The notes under the pieces are model-generated. The model had not been told where the DNA came from, searched no databases, and saw only the letters and a list, made by a program, of their open reading frames with translations. The position numbers and the translations under genes are program-made. Of a stretch of DNA of 64,000 bases, positions 33,391 to 43,727 are shown in pieces (position 1 is the first letter of the stretch; every line of letters begins with the position of its first letter). The DNA is taken from the sequence record SRR20825019_1337, one strand, 5' to 3'.

Positions 33391-34314
33391 ATGATCCGTC
33401 TTACCGTATTTTTTTCGTTCTTGTTTGCTTCTCAATTGTATGGACAATTAGCGAAAGAGCATTTTACTTCCAATTTTTTCGAAAATCAGGCATTCGCGCA
33501 TCGTGGTGGATATGCTTATGGCCCAGAGAATACCTTAGAAACGATCTTGTACAACGTGAAATTTGGAGTGCGTGCATTTGAGGTGGATGTGATGATTACA
33601 AAAGACGGCGAGTTGGTTCTTTTTCACGATGATTCTATTCAGCGAATCCTGAACACTGAGGATGCTAAACGTGTTTCTGAAATGACATTGAGTGAATTGA
33701 AAGAATACACGTTGCGAGACGAGCGTTTAGGCAGTGTTTCAGTCACTTCCCTGCAAGAATTGTTAGATACTTTATTGGTAATCGTTCCTGCAAATGAAAT
33801 GAAAGATTTTATCCTCGAATTGGATTTTAAACCCCATGGGAAGGATTTGGAAAGAGGCGTTGGAAAACTGCTGGAAGTAATTGACCGCGAAGTTGAAAAG
33901 CATGGTGAGAATGTATACAATTACTGCTTTTTGTCAAGCTTTTATCCCAGCGTACTGAAAGAAATCAGAAAAGAAAACAAGCTGCTTACAACAGCATTTG
34001 CGGTAACTAATTCGCCAAATGATCACAAACTTAAAGGAATCTTGGGAATTTGGTTTGCTCCGATAATTATCAAGAAAAATAAGGTTTCAATCGTCGAGCC
34101 GAATATGTGCTTAGTTACCGAGCGTTTTGTGAAAAAGTATCATAGAAAAGGTGTTTTAATCAACGCGTGGACTGCCAACAGTGCTTGCGAAAAGGAATAT
34201 TTATCTCACTTTACCATTGCGCACACTACAAATTGTCCTTACGATACGTGCGAAGCAGATTCAAGTGATCAAATTGGGAAACCAAAGAAATGGTGTAAGA
34301 AATGCAAGAACTGA
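33391..34314 (+). CDS. Glycerophosphodiester phosphodiesterase family protein
   Basis: AHRGG, PENT, EVDV.ITKDG..VLFHD, AWTAN; signal peptide from ATG 33391. Confidence 0.88.
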   Translation: MIRLTVFFSFLFASQLYGQLAKEHFTSNFFENQAFAHRGGYAYGPENTLETILYNVKFGVRAFEVDVMITKDGELVLFHDDSIQRILNTEDAKRVSEMTLSELKEYTLRDERLGSVSVTSLQELLDTLLVIVPANEMKDFILELDFKPHGKDLERGVGKLLEVIDREVEKHGENVYNYCFLSSFYPSVLKEIRKENKLLTTAFAVTNSPNDHKLKGILGIWFAPIIIKKNKVSIVEPNMCLVTERFVKKYHRKGVLINAWTANSACEKEYLSHFTIAHTTNCPYDTCEADSSDQIGKPKKWCKKCKN

Positions 34315-34370
34315 TACATTTCTGGTCAAATTTCTCCTAGCCAAGCCCTAGTTTTAGGAAGGCAGTAGAT

Positions 34371-35612
34371 CTATTCTTCTTTCATTACAACATAATTAGC
34401 GACAAATTGAAAAAGTACAAACAGAACGAGGTAAATGAGTGAAAGTCCATTCGTTAAAGTGTTTTCCATGAAATTGATCGAGATCGCGAATATCCCAACG
34501 AACGCCATAAGGATCGTATAGTACAGTAATTTATTTTTAGGATCGGCAAACATTGCACTGCACGGAATCATCATTGATAAACAGAAAATGGCAACTGACA
34601 GAACGGGTAGGCTAGAAGTGAACATGTAGCCGATAATTGCCAGAATAAAAAGAGCTAAGGATAAACCGACAAAACTAGAACTCAACTTCTCTTTTTTACT
34701 TAATAAGTGTTTCCCGTAGGCATTTAAGCGTAAGAAAAGATTACTCAAAGGATCGATTACCCATGTAGAAAATCCGAACAACGCACCGATCACTATTACT
34801 GGAATCACTAATGGTTGAAGGTCTTCGTTGGTGCGGGCAAGTGCTCTTAATCCTCTCATCGCAACGACGAATCCCACAATTAGAATGACACGAGTCTGTT
34901 TTGGTAACTTGCCTAACCAAAACGAGTACTGTAAAAACCATCTGAATATAATGTACCGTGCTTTGAGGGCTTGGGCCATTCCGCTTTGAGCGTATTCGAA
35001 ATTTGGATTGATGCGAAGTGACTCTCTGAAATGATCAAGTGATTTTTTATGGTCTCCTGCTTCCAATAAACTCCAACCGTAAGTGGCATGCGTGAATTCA
35101 TTATTCGGATTTTCGTTGAGTGATCCTTCAATCGTTTTGAACGCTTCCTCTTTCTTATTCAGCTTCATGAGAATGGTTGATCGCATATTCAGTGAATCGG
35201 TATCATCTGGTTCCAATTCTAAGGAGCGATTAATCATTTCGAGCGCGTCTTGAAACTTATAGTCTTCGTGCTTCAACCACGCATAGGTTGACCACGCATT
35301 TGAATCTTCAGGGTCAATTTCAATACCTTGTTGAATGAAAATTTCCGCCAGCTTTAGGTTTTTAAGTGAAATGAGTACTCTTGCCTTGAGTACATAGGGA
35401 TACGACCACTCTGGAGCAATTCCGATAATTTCATCGACTGTTTCGATGGATTTTTCAAGCTGTTCTTTGTCTGCTTCAATGCTTGCTCGCTGTGTAAGTG
35501 CGATTATGTCACGCGGATCATCACTAAGGAGTTCTTGAATTAACTGTAGGGCTTCTTCATTGCGGTCTTGTTTCATTAAAACAACTAACCGATCGTGACG
35601 TTGGTCTTCCAT
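34371..35612 (-). CDS. TPR repeat protein with C-terminal multi-pass membrane domain
   Basis: About 6 TPRs (IAPE, IDPED, LEPDD, ENPNN, INPNF) then about 6 TM segments. Confidence 0.8.
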   Translation of the reverse strand: MEDQRHDRLVVLMKQDRNEEALQLIQELLSDDPRDIIALTQRASIEADKEQLEKSIETVDEIIGIAPEWSYPYVLKARVLISLKNLKLAEIFIQQGIEIDPEDSNAWSTYAWLKHEDYKFQDALEMINRSLELEPDDTDSLNMRSTILMKLNKKEEAFKTIEGSLNENPNNEFTHATYGWSLLEAGDHKKSLDHFRESLRINPNFEYAQSGMAQALKARYIIFRWFLQYSFWLGKLPKQTRVILIVGFVVAMRGLRALARTNEDLQPLVIPVIVIGALFGFSTWVIDPLSNLFLRLNAYGKHLLSKKEKLSSSFVGLSLALFILAIIGYMFTSSLPVLSVAIFCLSMMIPCSAMFADPKNKLLYYTILMAFVGIFAISINFMENTLTNGLSLIYLVLFVLFQFVANYVVMKEE

Positions 35613-36929
35613 TTACTTCTTTATTTTTAAGTAGCTAAGAATTGAATCATAGAGGCCAGATTCATTGGCATACAACGCATAATTTTTCGCTGTTCGGAAC
35701 CATTCAGACGTACTGGAAGAACGCTTACTTGACGCATTGATCAGGTTTTTGGTTGTTAAAGGTTGCGGAATTCCATCCTTAAATGATTCCTCAAGTTTAC
35801 CTTCAATGGCCAAATCTATAACTGCATTAATATCTGCACCTGAAAAACCGACCGTCTTTTTGGCTAAACTACGATAATCTATAGATTCGATGGGTTTACC
35901 ACTTAGCTTCAGTTTGAAGATTTCTTCCCTCGCAGTGTCGTCGGGTGGTGGAACAAAAATAATCCGATCAAACCTCCCTGGTCTTCTGAAAGCTGGGTCT
36001 AAGTGCCAAGGAGCGTTCGTTGCTCCGATAATGAGTATTCCGTCATTATTTGCACTGATCCCATCCAATTCCTGCAAGAACTGGTTAATTAAGTGTCGAC
36101 TACTTGAATTTCGCATGTCACTTCTGCTAGCACCAAGTGCATCTATTTCATCAAAAAAGATAAGGCAAGGAGTGTTTCTGCGTGCACGCTCGAAAAAATC
36201 ATGTAGATTTTTCTCACTATTTCCCACCCACATATCGAGGATATCATTGAGTCCAATGGAAATAAAGTTAGAATCGATCTCTCCGGCAGTAGCTTGGGCT
36301 AAAAATGTTTTTCCGCATCCTGGAGGACCATAAAGTAAAATCCCTCCACCAATCTTCTTTCCGTAAGAAGCATACAGCTCTTGGTGTTTCAATGGCTGAA
36401 TGATTTTTAAATCAACTTCTCGCTTGACGTCACTCATTCCACCCACATCGGAAAAATTCACGGTTGGTTTTTCCATGAAATAATCCTCATCATCATCGTA
36501 ATCTTCGTCGTCCTCAAAATCATCTCCGGGTGTCGACCGCGATCTTAATACACTATCGAGTTCTTCGTGTGAAAAAGAAGGGTTTTTAGCGATGACAAGT
36601 TGATAGGTTTTTTGTGCATTTGCAATGTCCCGATCTCTCAAGTAGGCCAATGCTAAAAGTGCCATGGATTCTTGATTTAGGGATGATTGCGTGTATAATT
36701 CTTCAAGTACAATAACACAGGAGGAGTACTTCTCCAGTTTAAAAAAGACATTTGCCAATCCTTCTTTGGCCTCTTTTACGCTAGCGTCTTTTCCTAAAAC
36801 GTCTTGGAATTGTTCTTTGGCTTCGGCGTACTGCTGCTGATCAAAGTAGGCGCGTGCCAAAAACAAACGCAAAGGAATATTATCTGGAGACAAGCGAACT
36901 GCCTCTAAAAGTTGCTCGATGGAATTCAT
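35613..36929 (-). CDS. TPR-containing AAA+ ATPase (CDC48/Vps4-like classical clade)
   Basis: N-terminal TPRs; FSDVGG, GPPGCGKT, DMWVG pore loop, FFDEID, ATNAPW..DPAFRRPGRFDR. Confidence 0.9.
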   Translation of the reverse strand: MNSIEQLLEAVRLSPDNIPLRLFLARAYFDQQQYAEAKEQFQDVLGKDASVKEAKEGLANVFFKLEKYSSCVIVLEELYTQSSLNQESMALLALAYLRDRDIANAQKTYQLVIAKNPSFSHEELDSVLRSRSTPGDDFEDDEDYDDDEDYFMEKPTVNFSDVGGMSDVKREVDLKIIQPLKHQELYASYGKKIGGGILLYGPPGCGKTFLAQATAGEIDSNFISIGLNDILDMWVGNSEKNLHDFFERARRNTPCLIFFDEIDALGASRSDMRNSSSRHLINQFLQELDGISANNDGILIIGATNAPWHLDPAFRRPGRFDRIIFVPPPDDTAREEIFKLKLSGKPIESIDYRSLAKKTVGFSGADINAVIDLAIEGKLEESFKDGIPQPLTTKNLINASSKRSSSTSEWFRTAKNYALYANESGLYDSILSYLKIKK

Positions 36930-37026
36930 GAGATCGTTTTAAAACGTGTTGAATTTAATCATTTACTGCCTAAAGAACGCGACGGAACTTCGCAAAAAGA
37001 CACAAAGATTTAAGAAAAGCAATGTC

Positions 37027-37836
37027 CTAAAACTTCGATACATCGATATCGAACAATTCTGAAGCGTTTTTCCAAAGAATTAATTCCTTTTTTTCTTGTG
37101 GTAAATCCAGTTGATCCATGAACTTTAGATAGGATTTCATGTTCGAAATGGGCCAATCTGTTCCGTACAACAGGTAACTTGGATTTCCTGCATAGGTGAT
37201 CATTTCCTCAATTTCTTGTTTCATGAAACGCTCAAATTTATCAGAGAAATCTCCGAGGACTAATCCCGAAATATCAGCATACACGTTATCGTTTTTGTAG
37301 ACAACTTCCATACAATCTCTAATCCATGGGTTTCCAACGTGACAAATAACGATTTTCAAGTCTGGAAAATCCACCGCTAAATCGTCAATGTGAAGAGGGT
37401 GAGAGTATTTTACCTTTCCTCTTGGCGCGTAGGTATCACCAGAATGAAACATAACCGGTACTTTATATTCCGATGCCATTTCATAAATAACGCGCATTCG
37501 AGTGTCGTTCGGATAAAATGGCTCATAACCAGGGTAGAATTTCAATCCCTTGATTAATCCAACTTCTAGGTATTCACTTATTTCACGAAGATCACGGTGA
37601 TTGTAATGCAAATAACTCATTCCGGCAACTACTCCCAGATTGTCTCTACCTTGGATGGCTTCCACGACTTTTTGTGTGCTTGGTCTATGCTCATTCACTT
37701 TGTACGAAGTGAGCACTAGGGAGTAATCGACACTGTTTTCGAGCATTGTATCCGTCAGTCGATTTAAACAATCTTCTAAGGAAACTACTCTGTCCTCGTG
37801 ATAATTATTAATATGTGTGTGAACATCAATGATCAT
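37027..37836 (-). CDS. Amidohydrolase (TIM-barrel, Amidohydro_2 type)
   Basis: IIDVHTH, PVMFHSG, ICHVGNP, YGTDWP. Confidence 0.88.
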   Translation of the reverse strand: MIIDVHTHINNYHEDRVVSLEDCLNRLTDTMLENSVDYSLVLTSYKVNEHRPSTQKVVEAIQGRDNLGVVAGMSYLHYNHRDLREISEYLEVGLIKGLKFYPGYEPFYPNDTRMRVIYEMASEYKVPVMFHSGDTYAPRGKVKYSHPLHIDDLAVDFPDLKIVICHVGNPWIRDCMEVVYKNDNVYADISGLVLGDFSDKFERFMKQEIEEMITYAGNPSYLLYGTDWPISNMKSYLKFMDQLDLPQEKKELILWKNASELFDIDVSKF

Positions 37837-37942
37837 TAACGTGCAAATTTTAGATGAACCTCGAAAGAGAATGGCCTTTCAAGAAATGACTTCATTCTTT
37901 TGATAGGAAAACTACAAAGTTACGATCTGCCGAAACATGAAT

Positions 37943-39067
37943 CTACGCAGCCTTTTTAGCAGCTAGATCTCGATCATATTTTCCTGTTCCAAGTGAGTGA
38001 AGCAGAGAGAAATGACTTTTCAATGCTCCGAAGAACGTAGCATGCGAATGATAGGGAACATTGTATTCCTCGGCAGTTTCTTTCACAATTTTTGAAAGAG
38101 CTCGATAATGGATATGACAAATATTTGGAAAGAGGTGATGTTCCACTTGGTAATTCAATCCACCAATGAACCAAGAAAAAAGGCGACTTCCGTTAGAGAA
38201 ATTTGCCGTAGTTTTCATTTGATGAATCGCCCAATTGTTTTCAACGCTGTTGTTTTCATCTGGAACGAAAAATTGGGTTTCTTCTAGTACGTGAGCCGCT
38301 TGGAAAATAAGCGCAAGAATGAGTCCAGAAATAAAGTGCATTGTAAGGTATCCAACTAAAATCAGCCACCATGGTGCACTAATGAAGATAAAAGGAGCCA
38401 CGAGGAAAATCGCGAAGTACCAAATCTTATTAATGATTATGGTTGTCAAAGCTTGGCGGAATGTTAATCCCTGTGCAGCTAAAAGTCCACGTTTGTTATA
38501 GCGAATTAATTGATCGAAATCTTTAAATGTCACCCAGTAAAGTGTTAGGATTCCATAAAGAAGTGGTGCGTAGATAATTTGAAAGCGGAAAAAATTCTTA
38601 CGTTCCTGAGTCGGTGAAAAGCGAACAATTCCTTGCTTTTCGATGTCCTCATCATGTCCATCAATATTGGTAAATGTATGATGTAATACGTTGTGTTGAA
38701 TTTTCCAATTAACGTGATATCCACCCGCAAGGTTTAATACTGCCCCCATGATAAAGTTGACAAACTTTTTTGAGGAATAAGAACCGTGATTCGCATCGTG
38801 CATAATTGATAAACCAATTCCAGAAACACCGAGTCCCATAATACACCAACTAGCGAAAATTAGCCAAGGATTCGTAATGACACCAGTCAGCATAAGTGCT
38901 AATGGTACGAGATAAAGACCGATCATGAATGCACTTTTGAATACCATATTAGCATCCGCATGACGAGAAATATTCTTGTCCTTAAAGTACTTATTTACAC
39001 GGTTTTTCAGTTCTTTATAAAACTCGGGTTGATCATTCAAGTTAAACTTTACGACTTCAATACTCAT
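37943..39067 (-). CDS. Acyl-CoA / fatty acid desaturase
   Basis: Histidine boxes HDANH, HNVLHH, QVEHH; start moved to ATG 39067 because 39092-39099 is a TATCTTTG promoter box. Confidence 0.92.
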   Translation of the reverse strand: MSIEVVKFNLNDQPEFYKELKNRVNKYFKDKNISRHADANMVFKSAFMIGLYLVPLALMLTGVITNPWLIFASWCIMGLGVSGIGLSIMHDANHGSYSSKKFVNFIMGAVLNLAGGYHVNWKIQHNVLHHTFTNIDGHDEDIEKQGIVRFSPTQERKNFFRFQIIYAPLLYGILTLYWVTFKDFDQLIRYNKRGLLAAQGLTFRQALTTIIINKIWYFAIFLVAPFIFISAPWWLILVGYLTMHFISGLILALIFQAAHVLEETQFFVPDENNSVENNWAIHQMKTTANFSNGSRLFSWFIGGLNYQVEHHLFPNICHIHYRALSKIVKETAEEYNVPYHSHATFFGALKSHFSLLHSLGTGKYDRDLAAKKAA

Positions 39068-39315
39068 GTTATTAATTTTAGCAATTCTGCACAAAGATAC
39101 GCTTAATTAATGGAGCGCAAGTGAATAATTCTAATCTGACACGTGCGTTATTAGATAAAGATGTTAGCGATTATTCTCTTCTGGATCGTTCATTGCACTA
39201 ATCCACATGAAGTGTTCTGATGATTTTGGGAAGTTCAAGAGGAACATTTGTCGGTTTTTCTTTCAAATGGAATTTTCCCGTTGCTCTTCATGATTATTAT
39301 TCCGCTTTTTTTTTA

Positions 39316-39360
39316 AAAAAAAAGAGAAAGGCTTCCAGCGTTGGAGACCTTTCTCTTTTC
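39316..39360. terminator. Strong (possibly bidirectional) intrinsic terminator
   Basis: AAAAGAGAAAGG-CTTCCA-GCGT-TGGAGA-CCTTTCTCTTTT long hairpin. Confidence 0.8.
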
Positions 39361-39383
39361 GAGATTCTTGAGAGAGTGTTAGG

Positions 39384-39581
39384 TTAGACTAGGGGAATAA
39401 TCAATCGATTAATTTCTTTTTGGAGAGGTACGTTGCATTGATCTTTCGCAAGTTTTAAAGCGTCGAAATAATGCTTGATGCAGTCGTTGTATTGACCTTT
39501 TCTAATGGCATCGTTCCCTAATTGTATATAGGATTTAATTTCCTTTTCCTCCACGTTGAATTCTGTATTTATCGATTGCAT
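39384..39581 (-). CDS. Small (65 aa) single-TPR-like protein
   Basis: LGNDAIRKGQYNDCIKHYFDAL resembles one TPR; own TACCTTTG box (39604-39611) and terminator. Confidence 0.6.
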   Translation of the reverse strand: MQSINTEFNVEEKEIKSYIQLGNDAIRKGQYNDCIKHYFDALKLAKDQCNVPLQKEINRLIIPLV

Positions 39582-39688
39582 ATCCTATCTGCTATGAACA
39601 ATACAAAGGTACGGGAAGGGGGCAGTTTAAGCGGTTAAGGATGTATTATGAATTCGTAAGGCTTATATAAAGAGAATGTTAAATCACT

Positions 39689-41992
39689 CTAGTTACACGT
39701 TTCGCAGTAGATTTGTTTGACTCTATGATTGCGTAATATTTGAAAGTCTTCATCGAGCCATTCACACCATCTGACGCGGTATTTTTTAGCTGCTTCTTGA
39801 TGTAGTTTTAAGTAGCTTTCGTTGTCTTCGGTAATATCGTCTAAACTAATTGTTTTCGTTTGAAGTAGTGCAAATACGCCGTCTTCATTCAGTTGTCCTT
39901 CTCCGTGCTTTAATTCTAGCAATTCAATCGCCATTGGGTGCATGCTCCAATAGTTAAAAAACAGTGCTAGTTTCAACACTTCCTCAGGGGTGGTTAAGTT
40001 TTTTCTGAAATGGTCAGCAATGAAATAGAAGGATTTCTTGATTCCCTCTTTCTCATTTGTTTGCCCATAATAATCAATGTAGGCGATATGCAAATTCAAC
40101 AATAATTCGTTACTTAACTTGTCGCTAGCCAGCTCATTCACCTTTCTTGGATGAATTACATTTGATAACCGCTCTGACGATACATCCCAATGGTCTAATA
40201 AATAGTTAGCCGTAATGGAATAAAGGTGTAAAAGATTGATTTTGGCATTCTGAGAGAGTTCGTTCCCTCGATTTTGCCAACTGAAAATAAACGAAGTGAC
40301 TTGATACGGGTTTTGATAAACGGTTTTGCTTAAAACTGCCGAATAATTGGCTACACATTCTTCGTGCTCCGTGAAGTAATCATAAATCACTGGATCGAAA
40401 AGCAAAGCGGGTTGTGCTTCATTTTGCTCAAAGAGAACATACAGAGCCAAATTCGCTAAGTCTGGGTTGTTCATTGCAACGGCTGTTCTAAGATTAAATT
40501 CAGCGAGACTTTCAGTCGTTTTTACATTCTTGTAATCCCCAGTGTAATGTACCGTTGCCGTAGCGCGCCTTTGTGCATACAGTAATGAATCCCACGGAAG
40601 TTGAGTGTCTTTAGTTGCCAAGATTCTTTTCAAAGAGTCGTGCGAAAGTGCCGCTAAATCTTCTCGTGAAAAATAATTCAATTGGAAATCCATTAGTCCC
40701 CAATTCTCCTTAGCGTTAATAGAGACGGAGTTTGCAGGAATCGTTAAGTTCGAGGAAATATGATTTTTAATGTGTTGCGCTCTATTTTGATGAAGTTCCT
40801 CGTTTTTCAGCGAATCTCCTTCAACGGAACTGTAGGAGTCAATTTGTACCGAATATACTTTATCGGAGCGTTTCGTAATTTTTGGCAAGTTTATGGCTCC
40901 AACATCACTCGTATTGAATTCGTACGTTAGAGTCTGAGAGTACACAATCCCTTGCTCTGACAATTGAATATTTTCAGGACGGTCTAATTTCAAGGTGATT
41001 GGCGTCGGTTCGTAATCTTCCTCTGGAACAAAAACAGGGACGAGGTATTTACATTTTTGACCGTTTTTAATCAGGATTAGTGAGGCAGAATAGTTATTTC
41101 CTTCAAGTTGAGAAGGGATTTCCGCAGCAGGAGTAATTAATCGATAATCACTTTCAGCGCGATTTCCTTTCAAGAGTTCTTCTTTGAAAGTGGGTTTGAG
41201 CAAAATACCATCGTAAACAGGGGAGAAATCAAGGTGATTTGGTTCGCCGCATAAAAGTTGTTCGCGAGAAATCAAGTCAATAGCAATCCCGTCATTTGGT
41301 TGAGTTAAAAGGCGATTAAAAAATATTATATCGTGATAATACATGAGTACTTCGTTTCCTTCAATGCGTGTAGAATTTCCCATATTCATAACTAAATTGG
41401 AGAACTCCTTGTATGCTAGATCGCAGTCTTCAGGCGCTTGGGTAATTCCAAAATCGTTTCGCGAAAGTTGTCCAGAAACCGAAATTCCATGTTTTGCAAA
41501 TACTTGTGTTGCATAGATAATTTTACTCGTTGAGTTCGCAGAAAACCCGAAATCTCCCAACGTGTACTCTGGATTCGTCATGTTTTTATAGTGTTCAGGA
41601 GAATTATTCCAACTGTCAAATAAATTCTCTGCCACAATGCTCAATTGCTTTTTATTCAGTGGGAATTCACACGGACCACTTTGTGCAACGTTTTCGCCAA
41701 TTGCATCGAAGTTCTTCCCTTTTTGAGATTTTACTCGCTTTGTTGGAGTAGCATAACGTGCTTTCTTTTCATCGTGGGTGAGTTCTTCATTCTCTGCCAT
41801 ATAATCACTGTGAAGTTCAGCAGCTTTTTTCAACGTATCGTTCAGTTGAAGTGGAGCAATGCCTTTACTCATTCTGAGATCATTAACGTGTTCGGAAAGT
41901 AATCGTCGTAACTGCTCGTTATTGTCTTTTGAGAGTTGAGAAAAGGAAACCGTGGATACGATTAGGAAAATGAGGAGTGCAATGTTGGGCAT
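39689..41992 (-). CDS. CAP/SCP domain-containing secreted protein
   Basis: VNDLR, AAELHSDYM, LTH, IGENVA, WNNSPEHYKNM in first approx. 170 aa; large unassigned C-terminal part. Confidence 0.8.
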   Translation of the reverse strand: MPNIALLIFLIVSTVSFSQLSKDNNEQLRRLLSEHVNDLRMSKGIAPLQLNDTLKKAAELHSDYMAENEELTHDEKKARYATPTKRVKSQKGKNFDAIGENVAQSGPCEFPLNKKQLSIVAENLFDSWNNSPEHYKNMTNPEYTLGDFGFSANSTSKIIYATQVFAKHGISVSGQLSRNDFGITQAPEDCDLAYKEFSNLVMNMGNSTRIEGNEVLMYYHDIIFFNRLLTQPNDGIAIDLISREQLLCGEPNHLDFSPVYDGILLKPTFKEELLKGNRAESDYRLITPAAEIPSQLEGNNYSASLILIKNGQKCKYLVPVFVPEEDYEPTPITLKLDRPENIQLSEQGIVYSQTLTYEFNTSDVGAINLPKITKRSDKVYSVQIDSYSSVEGDSLKNEELHQNRAQHIKNHISSNLTIPANSVSINAKENWGLMDFQLNYFSREDLAALSHDSLKRILATKDTQLPWDSLLYAQRRATATVHYTGDYKNVKTTESLAEFNLRTAVAMNNPDLANLALYVLFEQNEAQPALLFDPVIYDYFTEHEECVANYSAVLSKTVYQNPYQVTSFIFSWQNRGNELSQNAKINLLHLYSITANYLLDHWDVSSERLSNVIHPRKVNELASDKLSNELLLNLHIAYIDYYGQTNEKEGIKKSFYFIADHFRKNLTTPEEVLKLALFFNYWSMHPMAIELLELKHGEGQLNEDGVFALLQTKTISLDDITEDNESYLKLHQEAAKKYRVRWCEWLDEDFQILRNHRVKQIYCETCN

Positions 41993-42002
41993 TTAAGGAG
42001 TT

Positions 42003-42596
42003 TTATTCGGCGAATTTTAATGAATGAAAGCTTTCTAGCATTAGGTCCGAGTGGGTTGCTTTGTCGTTGCTCAAGTAAGTGATTATTACATCTGCAACGT
42101 CATTTTTATGCAAATAGATGAACTGTCCGTAAGCATATCCTTCTCCAAACTGGCAGTTCACATCAAAAAAGCATGAACCTCCGTTGTCTGCATTGAACTC
42201 TTCTTTTACCGCAATTGCTGGGAAAGCGCCAATGTCATAGGTTTGACCTCCATTCATGTTTAATGCATTTGCGCGCACAATTCCTTTAAAAACCTTATTT
42301 GGATGCACCATAACTATTGTGCTATCGAGTAAAGAAGCTTCGTATTCTTTCATCATTTCGCCCAATGGAAAAATCGAATAACGAACCTCAATTGAACCAT
42401 CGTTGTTTTTTATGGCAAAGGAGTATTGAAGATCCTTGTTCTCTTTCACTTCGGAAATTGTATATCCTTCAGGCATCTCGTATGTCAACCCTGCAGATTT
42501 AATTTCTTCCTGAAATTCGGATAAACTGGTAATGTTTTGAGCGAAACTACTAATGGAATTAAGTGCGATTAATAAGTTGATAATTAATACTTTCAT
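42003..42596 (-). CDS. Hypothetical secreted protein
   Basis: Signal peptide MKVLII...SFA-Q from ATG 42596. Confidence 0.65.
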   Translation of the reverse strand: MKVLIINLLIALNSISSFAQNITSLSEFQEEIKSAGLTYEMPEGYTISEVKENKDLQYSFAIKNNDGSIEVRYSIFPLGEMMKEYEASLLDSTIVMVHPNKVFKGIVRANALNMNGGQTYDIGAFPAIAVKEEFNADNGGSCFFDVNCQFGEGYAYGQFIYLHKNDVADVIITYLSNDKATHSDLMLESFHSLKFAE

Positions 42597-42603
42597 AAAT
42601 AAA

Positions 42604-43287
42604 TTATTTTTCAGCAATCCCGTATCCAATGTACTTCCATCTTTTGGGAGTAATGTGATTTATGATCGTTTGATCTACTGTAGAGAGAAACTTTCGTTGA
42701 CCTTCTGTTCTTCCAAAAGTTCCCATTACACCTGTCGCTTTTAGTTCATAAGAAGAGAATGGAGATAAGCATTCGGTTAATTCAACAGGTGAGAGGTAGC
42801 GCCAAGCATTTGCCCAATTCACGTAACGCTTGCGCATTTTCTTGTGGAATGCCGATGCAGTGAGATTCTCAGCGAAAAGCAACTTTCCACCGGGTTTAAG
42901 AGCCTTGTGAATTTCGGAAAACACCTTTTTTTGTATTTCAAAGTTGTCATTTCTACCAATTCCACCTATAATCGATTTGAATACAATAATATCAAAGTGA
43001 TTTTCATAAGGAATATTACTTGCATCTATATCGTTGTAACTAACGAGATCAAGTACAGCGTATGTTTTGTGAAGAGGTTTTGCTGTGGTTTCAACGTCGT
43101 TTAAATCCGAACAAACGACTTTCATTCCTTTGAGAGCCATCCAAAGCGATAATCCACCTTCTCGTCCTCCAAGCTCTAATCCACTTTGAACAGATTGCCA
43201 ATCGACATTCTTCTCCCAGTATTTAAGTGCTTTTGACCAAGATTTGATATCCCATTGAATTATGTCTGTAAGTAGTTGCTGGTTCAT
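42604..43287 (-). CDS. Class I SAM-dependent methyltransferase
   Basis: LELGGREG motif I, IDASNIPY, FDIIV, LKPGGKLLFAE. Confidence 0.85.
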   Translation of the reverse strand: MNQQLLTDIIQWDIKSWSKALKYWEKNVDWQSVQSGLELGGREGGLSLWMALKGMKVVCSDLNDVETTAKPLHKTYAVLDLVSYNDIDASNIPYENHFDIIVFKSIIGGIGRNDNFEIQKKVFSEIHKALKPGGKLLFAENLTASAFHKKMRKRYVNWANAWRYLSPVELTECLSPFSSYELKATGVMGTFGRTEGQRKFLSTVDQTIINHITPKRWKYIGYGIAEK

Positions 43288-43336
43288 GAACTTTTTAGAG
43301 TAAAATTAAGAAAATGCTAAAACTGAGCATCGACAA

Positions 43337-43720
43337 TTATTTTACTGCCAGCCATCTTTCAATAATGGTGTGAAGTGCGTCTTTAGTCGAATCAATTTCT
43401 GTGATCGTTTTAAATGAAATAATTGCTCTGTCGTTGGATCGCCATTCTAGAAGGTTTGAAGGATCTTCAATCAGTTTATCTTTCGGTTGTTCTTTCACTT
43501 TCGCTCCACGATGAAAGATCAATTGGATTTGTTTGGATGGATGAACGCGCATCGTAATTCTGTCTTCGCCTTCAAACATAAAATTTGGACCGTTCCATTT
43601 AATGTTTTCTGTGATTTGGTCATTTGCTTCGAGAATAGAGTCTCTAACATTTTCTATTTCGCTTCGAAGTGGATGGTTTAAACCGTCCAAAAATTGTGTC
43701 ACCTCTTTGTTCTTATTCAT
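43337..43720 (-). CDS. DUF1801 (YdhG-like) protein
   Basis: R..IL......ENIKWNGPNF, LIFHRGAK. Confidence 0.8.
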   Translation of the reverse strand: MNKNKEVTQFLDGLNHPLRSEIENVRDSILEANDQITENIKWNGPNFMFEGEDRITMRVHPSKQIQLIFHRGAKVKEQPKDKLIEDPSNLLEWRSNDRAIISFKTITEIDSTKDALHTIIERWLAVK

Positions 43721-43727
43721 CGATCAA

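Noticed and set aside
35890-36333. 147-aa plus-strand ORF
   Set aside because: Antisense shadow of the AAA ATPase core
37837-37922. Possible riboswitch in the approx. 75-nt leader of the amidohydrolase
   Set aside because: A promoter box is present, but I recognise no aptamer consensus or expression platform
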